Below, in pieces: positions 46,420-57,570 of a stretch of DNA of 64,000 nt (positions are counted from its first letter, which is position 1; every line of letters begins with the position of its first letter). The position numbers were made by a program, and so were the translations under genes. The stretch comes from an uncultured Thermoleophilia bacterium. Lineage in GTDB: Bacteria; Actinomycetota; Thermoleophilia; UBA2241. The notes beneath the pieces were generated by a model. The model saw only the letters and a program-made list of their open reading frames with translations, was not told the origin of the DNA and did no database searches. The stretch spans positions 634,279 through 698,278 of the forward strand of contig CAVQSP010000011.1 in NCBI GenBank assembly GCA_963715985.1, read 5' to 3'.

Positions 46420-48988
46420 TTACTTGGCCTCGGGGCCGTAGAGCTCGAATTCCCACAGCGAGAAGCCGAATTCGGTCGCCCGCTGTTCGCCGCGGAAACG
46501 TGCGAACCGTGCCTCGACCGGGGCGAAGTGGATATCGTCCGCGCCCCCCCTGCCGGCCGTGGTCCTCCAAACTTCGTTCCAAGTCGTTCCGTCGGTTGAG
46601 ACTTCAATTGCATAGGCTCGGCCGCAGGCTTGTTCCCAGGTGAGCGTCACGCCCGACAGGAGCGCCGTCTTTCCGAGGTCAACTTGCAGCCACTGCTGGT
46701 CCAAAAACTCCGACGACCAACGCGTCGCGGGATCGCCGTCCACCGCCAACTTGGCAGGGAAGAAACCCTGATCGTTCCGGACTTCGGACGACGCCGTGAC
46801 CTGCCGGCCGAGTGCCAGGTTCTGGGCGATCTCCCGGACGCGAATATCGCGCAGGCTGCGGATCGGCTGTCCGTCGGCGCCGCGGATCTCGGCGACGAGC
46901 TGCAGCGGGCCTCCTCCGCCGGGAACTTCACCTCGAACTCGGCCGTTCCCAACTCCCAGCCTGCCGCCTGCACCGCTTGCTTCTGTTCCGAAACGACCTG
47001 GCCCTCGCGCACCAGCCGCAACACGACCTCGCCCGACCACTCGTTCGCCAGGTCATTGATCACGCGCACCGGAATGCGGACGGAGGCATTCTTCGCCAGC
47101 TGATCTTGCCAGAAATCGATCGCCACGCCGACCGGTGCGAACGCATCGCGGACGAATTGGTAGAAATGCGGTTCGTAGGTCAGGTTCTTGACGTCAAGAA
47201 AATTGTCGCTGGTTTGACCGTCGGCCCGCGAGTAGCCCAGCCCGCAGAAGTGCAGCACGCCGCAGCACTGGCGCCGGACGCGCCAGAATTCGGTCTTGGC
47301 GGCCAAGGTCCGGGCATAGTAGAGGCGGCGAGCGTCGACCGAAGCGTTCTCGCCCAGCAGCTGCTTGTAGACCTCGACGGTCAGAGTCGGCAGCGATCCG
47401 TCGCGGTTGATCCACAGCCAGCCGTATTCGTTGATCAAGTAGGGCGGCCCGGCCCCGTGCGCGGGCCGTTGTCGGGAATGCCCGATTCGCGTGCGAACTG
47501 GCTCAAGCGAAAACCGGGGCGGCTACCGGTAGGGATGGCCCTCGGAGATATCGCCCGGCCGTTGCGGCGTGCCCCAGCCGTTGTCCCACGGCCGCCGCGA
47601 GAGGTCCAGGTCGCGAACGCGCTGCAAGGCCGCCGCGCGTGACGCGGTCGTTGGCCGTTTCGTTCTGGGCATCCCAGATCACGACGCAGGGGTGATTCCA
47701 GCGTTCCCGCATCCACTCCGTGTACTCGACAGCCAGATGCTCGGGCGTGATTGCCTCGGGCCAGCCGTCCTTGGCACGCGCTGTACCAGATGGGGAACTC
47801 GTCCTGGATCAAGATGCCCTCTTCGTCGGCGATTTCGTACCACAGCTCGGGCGGAAACCCGATGCAGTACCGCAGGCTGTTCCAGTGCATGTCCTTGAAA
47901 CGGCGGTGCAGCTCGCGGACCCACTGGCGGTCCCACGGCAGGCCGCCCCGCTCGGCGTCCTCGAAGAACCGATAGATGCAGACGTTCGAGCCGCGCAGGT
48001 AGTACGGCCGCCCGTTCAGCAGTGCGCGGCCGGTCGCCGGGTCGGTGGAAAAGGTCCTCAGGCCGAATCGCGTGCGATAGGCATCGCCGCCCGTGTTCAC
48101 TTCCAGCTCGTAAAGGAACGGATCTTCAGGCGTCCACGGACGAGCGTCCCGGAGGGCGACGACAAATTCGACGGTGCTCGTGTTTCCGCCCGCAGGCGCC
48201 GGCAGTGTCGAGTGACATTTCGCCCGCCACGCGGCCCGACTTGGCTTCCCGCACCACGGCCTTGAGAGTCGCAATGGCCGCCGGCGCAGCGGCGACGGCC
48301 AACTCGACGGCTGCTCGCACCGACCGCTGTTCGACGTTCGCCACGGTCTGGACGTTGACGACGTGCGGCGAGCCGCAGAGGATCAGCTCGACCGAGTCGT
48401 AAATGCCGGGAATGTAGCGGCTCTTCTCGTTGTCCCAGCCGTCGTTGAGATGCAGCGGCAATTGAGCGATCGACGCCCCCACTCGGATCACCAATTCGTT
48501 CTCGGCACCGTCAGGCTTCAATTGTGCCCGCACGTCGAACAGCCCGGTGTAAAGCACGGCCCGTGCTCGCCGACCGGTTGGCCATTCAGGAACACCTTCG
48601 TGCCGTAGCGGGCTTTGTGCAGTTTGAGCAGGGCCACCGCCGGCAGCGGCGCGTCAATTTTGAATTCGCGCCGGTACCAAAACGCCTCGCGGCGAGGATC
48701 GGCCGGCCGCAGCCAAGGCTTTCCGCGGTCGGCTGCCGAGACCGTGGATCCAGGCGATTCGAAGGGCGGAGATGCCAGGTCGGCCAATCCAGGGACCGGG
48801 ACCGTGTGTGGGAAGTCCGTGGGAGGCTGGTCCATCGCCCCTTCCGCAATCTGCCACGTGCCATCCAACGAGATGACCAGGCGGCCGCCCGGCGGGGATT
48901 CCGCCCAGGAAAGCCCTGCCGAGAACAAGCAGACAACGGGGATGGCCAGCAAGGGCAGGCGAACGGGTCTGACAAAAGGGGTTTTCAT
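46420..48988 (-). CDS. Glycoside hydrolase family 2 with C-terminal F5/8 type C domain; multiple frameshifts
   Basis: ISLDGTW, VPG, WYRREF, VFLNG, PGIYDSV, WTPEDPFLY, FGLR, LNG..YLRG.N, ADE.GIL, NHP.VV.W..QNE, INEYG, AVDGD..TRWSS..VDLG. Confidence 0.85.
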
Positions 48989-49128
48989 CAGTTTGGCCCT
49001 GGCGGTCGGAAGGTCGGTGGGTGCAACACAGAGGAAGTGGTCCATTTCCTTCCGCACCATTCAACCAGATGGCCGCACGGCTGGCAAACGCGAGCCGGAT
49101 TCGCTCACCAGGCGATGCGTCGTCATTG

Positions 49129-49244
49129 TGGAGTGCGGTGACTCGTCACCGCTTTGGATTTCGCTGCCGCGCTGCGTATCGAAGAACGGCCCTTCGCCCG
49201 CAACCATGATTGAAACGGAAAGCGGCGACAGGTCGCCGCACTCC
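49129..49244. repeat. Paired palindromic REP-like element
   Basis: TGGAGTGCGGTGACTCGTCACCGCTTT ... AAAGCGGCGACAGGTCGCCGCACTCC. The two arms are each hairpins and are inverted relative to each other; intergenic. Confidence 0.8.
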
Positions 49245-49274
49245 GAAGGCACTAGTGACTGCTACAATTCGAGC

Positions 49275-51515
49275 ATGTCGCCTTTCTGATTCACGCCAAG
49301 ACACTCACCGGCCTGGAGCCGGTCCTGGCCGCGGAACTCACGGACGCTCGGCGGCACGGAAGTCGCCGAGGGGCATCGGCTCGTCACGTTTCGGGGAGAC
49401 CGCCGGTTGCTGTACCGAGCGAATCTCTGCTGCCGCACGGCGATCCGCTTTCTCAAGCCGATCCATGACTTTCGCGGCCGATTCCGAGCGGTCGCTGTAC
49501 GCGGGCGTGCAGTCCGTCGATTGGAGCGAACACCTCGCACCGGACGGAACGCTCGCCATCGATCCGGTGGTGCACAGCTCGTTCTGCACGCACTCCCTGT
49601 ACGTCGCTCAACTGGCCAAGGACGCGATTGTCGATCAGTTCCGGCAGCGTACGGGCGCACGGCCATCCGTAGATCGTGATCGGCCCGACCTGCGGATCAA
49701 TCTGCATTTGGCGCACAATCAGGCTACGATCTACCTCGACTCGTCCGGAGATTCGCTGCACCAGCGGGGTTACCGTCCGGCCGAGGAGGAATCGCCGCTC
49801 AACGCCGTGCTGGCTGCCGGCATCCTGCAACTCATCGAGTGGGACCGCCGCTCACCGTTGCTCGACCCGATGTGCGGGTCGGGGACGTTTCCCATCGAGG
49901 CCGCCTTGCTGGCCGGCCAGATTGCGCCAGGGCTGCTGAGATCGGATTACGGTTTTGTGCGCTGGCGCGACTACGACCGCGAGCTGCACCAGCAACTGCT
50001 GGCCGAAGCCCGGCGCGAACAGGGCCGAGGCCCGGCCCGAGATCGTCGGTTCGGACATCGACCCGCAGGCGGTCGAGACGGCCCGGCGGAATGCCGAACG
50101 CGCCGGCGTGGGAGATCGCGTGCGGTTCGAGTGCGCCGCGTTCGACTGCTGCCCGCTGCCGGCCGCGGCGGGAACGCTCGTCATGCATCCGCCGTACGAC
50201 GAGCGAGAAAGGGCCGTCGAGCGTCGCCGCCCAGTACCGCCGCCTGGGCGATACGCTCAAGCAGCGGCTGACCGGATTCGCCGCTTGGATCCTCACCGCC
50301 AACCTGGACGCCGCCCGACAGATCGGCCTGAAACCGTCCCGCAAGCTCCGGCTCTTCAACGCCGGCAGCGAATGCCGCCTGCTGCGGTTTGAACTCTACG
50401 CCGGCACGAGAAAGAGCCGCGAATCGAGCCTGCAAGGTGCGGACGGAAGTCCCGTCGGGCGTCGAGCAGAAACACGGACCATCGACCGCGGAGTTCGGAG
50501 CCCTCGCAGACCGCAAGACCTGATCCTCGACTCGCCCGGCGCGCAACTTCCTCCGCGGTGGCTCGAACAAGCCGGCGTGTTCCGCAACCGGCTCGAACGG
50601 ATGTCCAAACACTGGCACAAGTGGGCGCGGCGGCAGGGGATCACTTGCTTTCGGCTCTACGACCGCGATATCCCCGACGTTCCCCTGGCGATCGACTGGT
50701 ACGAAGGCCGCCTGCATATCGCCGAGTACGTGCGGCCGCACGACCGTTCGGAAGCCGAACACCGGGCCTGGCTCGATTTCATGATCGAAACGGCAGCCCA
50801 AACGCTCGGCACGCCGCCGGACAAGGTGTTCGTAAAACGCCGCGAGCGCCAGCGGGGCCGGTCACAATACGAACGCCAAGCCGATCGGGGCGAGTTTCTC
50901 GAAGTCCACGAAGGCGGGTTGCGTTTCTACGTCAACCTGTCGGACTACCTCGACACGGGCCTGTTCCTCGACCACCGCCAGACGCGCGCCATGGTGCGGG
51001 CCGAATCGCAGGGCAAACGGTTCCTGAACCTGTTCGGCTATACCGGCGCATTCACCGTCTATGCGGCCGCGGGCGGGGCCAAGTCGACCACGACGGTCGA
51101 TCTCTCCAACACCTACCTGGACTGGGCGCGGAACAACCTGCGGCTGAATCAACTGGACCGCCCGACCCATCAGTTCGTCCGCGATGACGCGATGGCCTTT
51201 CTTCATTTCCGGCAGCGGCGCGGCGAGCCCCCGTTTGACCTGGCCGTGGTGGACCCGCCCACGGTCTCCAAGAGCAAGAAGACGACCGGCATCTGGGACG
51301 TGCAACGCGACCACGCGGAGCTGCTGAACCGGCTGCTCGGCCAGATGACGGAGGGCGGCCGGATCTACTTCTCGAACAACCTGCGGCGGTTCAAACTGCA
51401 CGAAGCCGAGATTCGGGGCGCCGCGATCCGCGATCTCAGCCGTCAGACCGTCCCGCCCGATTTCCGCAACAAGCGGATCCACCAGTGCTGGCTGCTGGTG
51501 AAGGAATCGCGGTGA
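49275..51515 (+). CDS. rlmL: Bifunctional 23S rRNA m2G2445/m7G2069 methyltransferase RlmKL, frameshifted in the 5' half
   Basis: GLE.VL..EL, YRANL..R.A.R, KDAIVDQFR, SG.SLH.RGY, DPMCGSGT, PPY, FRNRL, RLYD.DIP, DYLDTGLFLDHR, LNLF.YTG.F, DPPT.S.SK. Confidence 0.9.
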
Positions 51516-51928
51516 ACCGCCCGTGGCGGCTCGTGGGCTTTGGCCGTGATCGGAAGGTCACGCGGCACGAGTGCCCCGTCAACCTTGAGTGACAGGTGCG
51601 ACGGCTCTCCTGAGCTGTCCCACAAGACCGGGTCACACGGCACGAGTCACCCGCTTCCTTGCTTCTGACCGGTTCCATCTGCTAGCTTGCCAAGCTGTCC
51701 GACCAAGACCCTTCTCTAATGGGTATAAAGTACACCCATTTAGGTGTAGGGATTTTTCTTACGCAATTCGGGGTTGCGTTCGCTGCGAATTGTGGCATAT
51801 TTTTGGTGTGAGATCTGAGGGGAGGAGTGCCCGCGAAGAAGTCGGGCAGAATCGCACTCGCATTCCTCCCCTCTTTTTTCGTTTGCGGGTACAGGTTGCC
51901 CGGTGGTCCGGCTCCGTTTTTCTGATGA

Positions 51929-52055
51929 GTGCCACTCCTGGCTTGCCCAGCTAGCCCGAGGGGCGTTTCATCTGCGGTGCACTGCAGGCTTGCCCAGCAG
52001 TGCCCCACGACCATTTCATTGCAGATCACTGCTGGACAAGCCAGCAGCGGCACCC
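51929..52055. repeat. Cluster of three REP-like palindromes (GTGCCACTGCTGGCTTGYCCAGCAGTG type)
   Basis: Copies at ~51929-51951 and ~51976-52003, plus an inverted copy at 52027-52055. Confidence 0.75.
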
Positions 52056-52085
52056 GAAACAACCCACCTATTCTAGCGAGCCAAA

Positions 52086-53494
52086 CTACTATCCCGGGTG
52101 AGCGTCGGCCGCGCATGCTGAGCCAGCGCAGGAAAGGCGAGACTTGTGTCGGTCCGACAGCCCCGTTCTGGGGGTTGAAGGCCAAGCCGACGTCGATGTT
52201 CTCCCACACGACGAGCTGATTGTCGATTCGCTTCATCGCCTGGATGCCGCCGTCTTGGGAGACGACGAATCCGAGCGAACCGGCCGTCTGGTGGCAGTAG
52301 CGCATCATGGCGCGATGCCGCGTGCCGAAATGGTGGATTTCGACGCCTCGCAATCTGGCGGGGTCGGCATTCGCGTCACCCGCCATGAAGACGGCATCCA
52401 GAGGGTGGTTTGCGCGGAGTTCGACTCCGAATCCGTGGACGGCAAAATGCTTGTCCAGCAGCACCATGCCGTCCGCACACGTCAGCGCGGCGATGAAACG
52501 AATGCAGCCCAGGATTTCGGCCCGCCGCTGCTCGAGTTCATTGTGCACATCGCGCAGGTAGGACAGGGGTGCCCGCAGAACTCCGGGCGTTTCGCCTTTG
52601 GCCGCTTCCATGACTTCCGTCGTGGCTCGGTTGCGGAGGAAATAGGCCCGCACCATGCCCACGACGGCTTCGCCCAGCCGTCGGTAGTGGATACGGTATT
52701 TGACGCCCATGTCGTCGGTTGTCACCTGGGGCACGATCACCAATCCGCCGCCGTGACGATACTGTTGCACGTTCACCAGGATGCGGGACAGCGAGTTCAG
52801 CCAGCGGACGAGCAGCTCCCGTTCCAAGTCGGCGGGCGGGGGCGAGCCGCAGTCGGCGGCCAGGCTCGGGTAGTGTGTGGCGACATAGGAGCGCAGATGC
52901 TCGACGAGTAGTAAATGGACGGGCCCGTTCCACAGCACGTCATATTGCGTTTCGATCAACACATCACGGCAGAGGCTTCCCCAGAGCACGCCGTGGCGGA
53001 AGACGCTGATGGTTCCGGGCCCCGAAATGGTGGCCTGGAAAAGCCCCGGCCGTTGCGCGTCGCTGCCGGCATTCAGCGCGATCTGATCCCCGTGTCGCGG
53101 TTCCTGGTCCACGAGGCCCCACACGAACACGTCGCCGGCGCTGTCGGCAAACACGTTGAGGGAAGAAACCTGGGGATCGCATGCTCTGGCCAGTTTCGTC
53201 AGCGATCGCACGTCCAGCGCGAGCGGCGTCTCGAAGGGCACGGCGGTCCATTGGTTTGCGGCTGCTGCTGGCGATGACGTCGCCGGCGGGATCAGTCACC
53301 GCGACGAAGTTGACCGTACACAGGGGCTGCTGACCCTCGTCGGTCCGCAGGCTGGCGAAGTACAGAGTCTCAAACAGCCGCACCAATACGCCTTCCGGCG
53401 GCGCGTATCCGTACGCCCTCTGCAATTGTGCCGCAACCAGCTTGGCCAGGTCGAACGGATATCGAGCGGTAGTCTCCGCAGTCATTGCTGGCAT
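52086..53494 (-). CDS. DACNV-type sensor domain + diadenylate cyclase (DisA_N)-like protein; frameshifted, 3' end approximate
   Basis: N-terminal FASL.TDEG, WGLVDQ and HGG..VIVP; C-terminal ADG.V.L, GFG.E, GTRHRA and VVSQDG (DAC DGA/RHR motifs). Confidence 0.75.
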
Positions 53495-53897
53495 CCATGG
53501 CGCAGTTCGTCTCGATCACTTCCGTGCCGGCACGGGAGCGAGTTGAACCTGTTCGAGTGCGGCTCACGACTGCCGAGTGGCCGGTCTGCCCTACATCGCG
53601 GCAATTGCCCACGTTTCTCGGATTGCAGAGCAAAGCCACGAAGTCGACTTTGGTCCAACATCTCCCACGGCTCTCACTGTAGCTCTTTCCCCGCACGGGC
53701 CAACGGACATCCGCCGGGCCTGTTTCTGGCAGTCCGGGCCCATTCGACCGTCGCAGTTTTCAAGCGCCTTTCTTCTGCATGGCTGGGATCAACCTCGTCA
53801 CGACTCGGTCAAGAACGACGATAATCCCGAAAGCTATCTGGTGTGACAGGCGTCCCCCGTGTTCAGGCGTTGTTTCTCGTCCCTGAGTTGGCAAAGC

Positions 53898-54888
53898 GTG
53901 AAGCCGTTAATCCTGGTCACCGGAGCGACGGGCCTCGTCGGCAACAACGTTACGCGGCAGTTGCTCGATCAGGGCTGTCGTGTGCGCGTGTTGGTCCGCG
54001 ACCAGGCACCTTCGCGTCCCCTGGAAGGCCTTGCCGTGGAAACCGCGCGAGGGGACGTCCGGGATGCGCGAGTCCGTTCGGCCAGCGTGCCGCGACGTGG
54101 CTTGTGTGATTCACGCGGCAGCCTACGTGCACTTGGGACGGAGCAAGCGGGAATTGCACCGCGCGATCAACGTCGAGGGCACTCGTCATGTGGCTCAGGC
54201 TGCCCGGGACAGCGGTGCGCGGATGGTGCACGTTTCGACCTGCGATGCCTTGGGGGTCCGTAGTCTGCGTGAACCGGCGGACGAGGAGACGCCTCTGGCC
54301 AAGCCCGTGCCGAGTTCCTACGTCGTGTCCAAACGAGAGGCCGAGCAGGTCGTCTTGGAGCACGTGGCTGAGGGTTTGGATGCGGTCATCGTCAACCCTT
54401 CATTTATGCTCGGTCCTTGGGATTGGAAGCCTTCGTCGGGGCGGATGTTGCTGGAAGTGGCCCGCGGTCGGGGATTGCTGGCCCCTCGAGGACACTTCAG
54501 CGTCTGCGATGTGCGCGACGTGGCAGCGGCGACCATCGCGGCCATAGAGAAGGGACGTTGCGGCCGGCGCTACATCCTCGCGGGACACACCCTGTCGTAC
54601 CTCGATGCCTGGCGGCTTTTTGCCCAAGTCTCGGGAGGGCGACGCCCCTGGGGGTGCCCCGGCCCAATGCAGCTATGGATCGCCGGGCGCCTGGGCGACC
54701 TCTGGACGCGGTTGACGGGAATCGAGCCCGATGTCAATTCCGGGGCACTGGCTTTGGCCCGACTTCCCAAGCACTACAGCAGCGAGCGGGCGATCCGCGA
54801 ACTGAATTACCAGATGCGTCCGGTGGTCGAGAGCACGCAGGACGCCTGGAATTGGTTTGTGCAGTACGGGTACGCGAAACCCGCGTGA
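53898..54888 (+). CDS. NAD-dependent epimerase/dehydratase (HpnA/dihydroflavonol-reductase-like), frameshift near 54,070
   Basis: LVTGATGLVG, IHAAA, NVEGT, YVVSK..AE, VNPS..LGPWD, G..G.RYIL. Confidence 0.85.
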
Positions 54889-54903
54889 GCGACGACCCAA
54901 TCG

Positions 54904-54998
54904 CGTACTCGTGCTCGTACTCGTACTCGGACGCGGTACTCGTGCTCGGCAATGCCAGCCACGGGATCGTCTCGCTGAGCACGAGTCACGAGTACGAG
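54904..54998. repeat. Intergenic (CTCGTN)n / (GAGNAC)n inverted hexamer array between convergent genes
   Basis: gtactcgtgctcgtactcgtactcg..gtactcgtgctcg ... gagcacgagtcacgagtacgag; able to form a long hairpin. Confidence 0.75.
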
Positions 54999-55002
54999 GC
55001 TG

Positions 55003-56011
55003 TCAAGGCGCAACCACCACCTCGAACTCAGCGCCCTTCACTCGCCGCAATTCCTCGTGCAGATTCGGAATCCGCGGGTCGGGCGTCACCGAGACGGCCC
55101 ATTCGATGCCGTTGTCCGCCACCAGCATGCCGTACTGCTGCAGTGCAACCAAGATCGTTCGCACCGGGGCCGAGAACTTCGAGACGTCGAAGTCACCCCG
55201 CAAGCGGATCCGCTCGCCCATTCGCGGATAGGCGGGATTCGTGTGAGGGCTGGCGAAGTGCGTGGCGGGTGCTACGAATTCGCGTCGTGTTTTTCGCACG
55301 GTGACCCGCAGAGCGTGCTGAATAACGCCGCGCTGGAGTTCGTCGAAGCGTACGACGGCGGGAAAGATCGGCAGGCCGGCGGCATCCGCCGAAGTCCAGC
55401 CGAGCGGCCGGAGTTGGTTCGTCTTCAGGTCGAAGACCGAGGCCTGGGAAGCCTGCCAGCCGTCGTCGGTTCTCCGCAGGACAAAGAACTCGTACAGGAT
55501 TCGCTGCACCGGATCGACGATGATTCCATGACGATCGCCTTCCCCGTGCCGCTGGATCTCGTCCAGCGGCGGCACGGTCCCCGAGCCCGACCTTTGGAAA
55601 GAAACGGGCCATCCCTCGATCGGGATATTGTCCGGAACAGGAAATGGGCCCGGATCCGACTCGTCCGGATACGACACGATTTTCACGGGGACACGATTCT
55701 GGCGGGGTGGCACCAGGATGAAACCCATGTCCGTGTTGTAGCGCAGCGGTTTGTCCGTGCCGATCGAAGCAATGATCGCGTCCGAGTTCGGGTGCAGCGG
55801 CCAGGAATCGACGCGCTGATTCCAGGGATTGTCCTCGGGAAAGACCTGCAGATTCGCGAGGATCGCGTCAGCCTGCTGCGTATCGAAAGAGATCGGCGCG
55901 GAAATCCGCGGCAGACCCGCCGTTATCTCAGCGCTGAGACCCGCACGCGGCCAGCGCGGTCCAGGCCAGAGGCACGAGCCAAGACGGAGTGATCGTCCGC
56001 ATGGCACTCAT
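55003..56011 (-). CDS. Conserved hypothetical secreted protein, frameshift in the signal region
   Basis: SD AAGGAGA then ATG at 56011. FPEDNPWN..VD..P, YPDESDPGP.P.P, GDRH...VD, LYE, GWTSADAAGLPI.P..VRFDE, HALR, YG..VADNG. Confidence 0.75.
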
Positions 56012-56163
56012 AGCTATCTCCTTGGCGGCGGCAGGGGATCGTATGCGCGAGTATTGTGGCACGCCGGGCGGCAAACAAGCAACGAGCGCGATGGCTGATA
56101 ATTCGTGGCAACTGCGGTAGAATCCGCTACCGTTCCGGAGCTTTCACTGGGGGAGAACCGCAC

Positions 56164-57533
56164 GTGACTTCCGAAAAGCAAGGCAGCCGCAGTTACCTGT
56201 TGATGTTGGCTCTGACCGCGGCGTTGGGCGGTTTCCTGTTCGGCTACGATACGGCCGTCGTCTCGGGAGCCATCGGTTTTCTCACTTCCCACTTTCAGCT
56301 GAGTGCGGACCTGACCGGTTGGGCGGCATCGAGCCTCCTGGTCGGCTGCATGGCCGGGGCAATCGTCGGGGGGCCGCTGGGCGACTATTTGGGGCGGAAG
56401 CCGAGCTTGATTCTCTGCGGGATACTTTTCGCCGTTTCCTCGGTGGCTTCCTCGCTGCCCGACACTCTGTGGCAGTTCGCTTGGGCTCGGTTTGCGGGAG
56501 GAGTCGCCATTGGCGCGGCCTCGATGCTCTCGCCGCTGTACATCGCCGAGATCTCTCCCGAGAAGATCCGCGGCACGCTCGTGGCGCTGTATCAATTGGC
56601 CATCGTGATCGGCATTCTGGTGGTGTTCTTCGTCAATCTCCAGATCCAGCGACTGGGAAATGAGACGTGGAATGTGGAAGTCGGTTGGCGCTGGATGTTC
56701 GCCTCGTTGACCGCTCCTTCCCTGTTGTTCGTCGTGTTCATGGCACTCGTCCCGGAAAGCCCGCGCTGGCTGATGAAAGTCGGCCGCGAGGCCGAGGCGT
56801 TCGCCGTGCTGGAACGCGTCGGAGGCAAGGAGAACGCCACGCGCGAGGTGCAACAGATTGCGGAGACGCTGCAGCAAGAAGCCGGGCGGTGGTCCGAACT
56901 GTTCACTTCCGGATACCGGCGAGCGCTCGTGATCGGCATCCTGCTCGCCGTGTTCGGCCAGTTCAGCGGGATCAACGCCATCATGTACTTCGCCCCGGAG
57001 ATCTTCAAAGCCTCCGGCGCCGCAACCGATTCGGCATTCGTGCAAACCGTCATCGTCGGATTGTTCAACCTGGCCTTCACGTTCGTGGCCATTTGGCTGG
57101 TGGACCGAGCCGGGCGCAAGCCCCTGCTGATCGTGGGGACTCTGGTCCAGGTGGTCTCCCTCTCGGCCACCGGCTGGCTGCTTTCACACGGGCACGCAGG
57201 GCTGGCTGCTGTTGGCCAGCATTCTGGCTTTCGTTGCCGCGTTCGCCGTCGCCATGGGCCCGATCCCCTGGATTGTGAATTCCGAGATTTTCCCCACCAA
57301 ACTTCGGGGGCGAGCCATGTCGCTGGCCATCGTGATGCTGTGGTTGGCCGACTTCATCGTCACGCAGACTTTCCCCATGTTGCGCGAATCGCCGGTCGTG
57401 GGCCCCGCGAGGACGTTTTGGATTTATGCCTTCTGCAGTCTGGCCAGCACGGTGTTCGTCGTGCTGATGGTCCCCGAAACGAAGGGCCGCACTCTGGAGG
57501 AGATCGAAGCGAGTTGGCTCAAGCATCGATTGA
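56164..57533 (+). CDS. Sugar porter family MFS transporter, frameshifted; end approximate
   Basis: ALGGFLFGYDTAVVSGA, D.LGRK, YIAEISP..RG, WRWM, PESPRWL, Q.SGINAIMY, DR.GRK, SEIFP..RG, PETKG.TLEEI. Confidence 0.9.
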
Positions 57534-57570
57534 CTCGCAGCTCAAGAAAAATCGACTGGGAGGACTCACT

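Noticed and set aside
51682-52085. C-terminal extension of the DAC-like ORF
   Set aside because: It reads through REP palindromes and AT-rich intergenic DNA. An out-of-frame TAG-TAG at 52,086-52,091 suggests the true stop was shifted by an indel.
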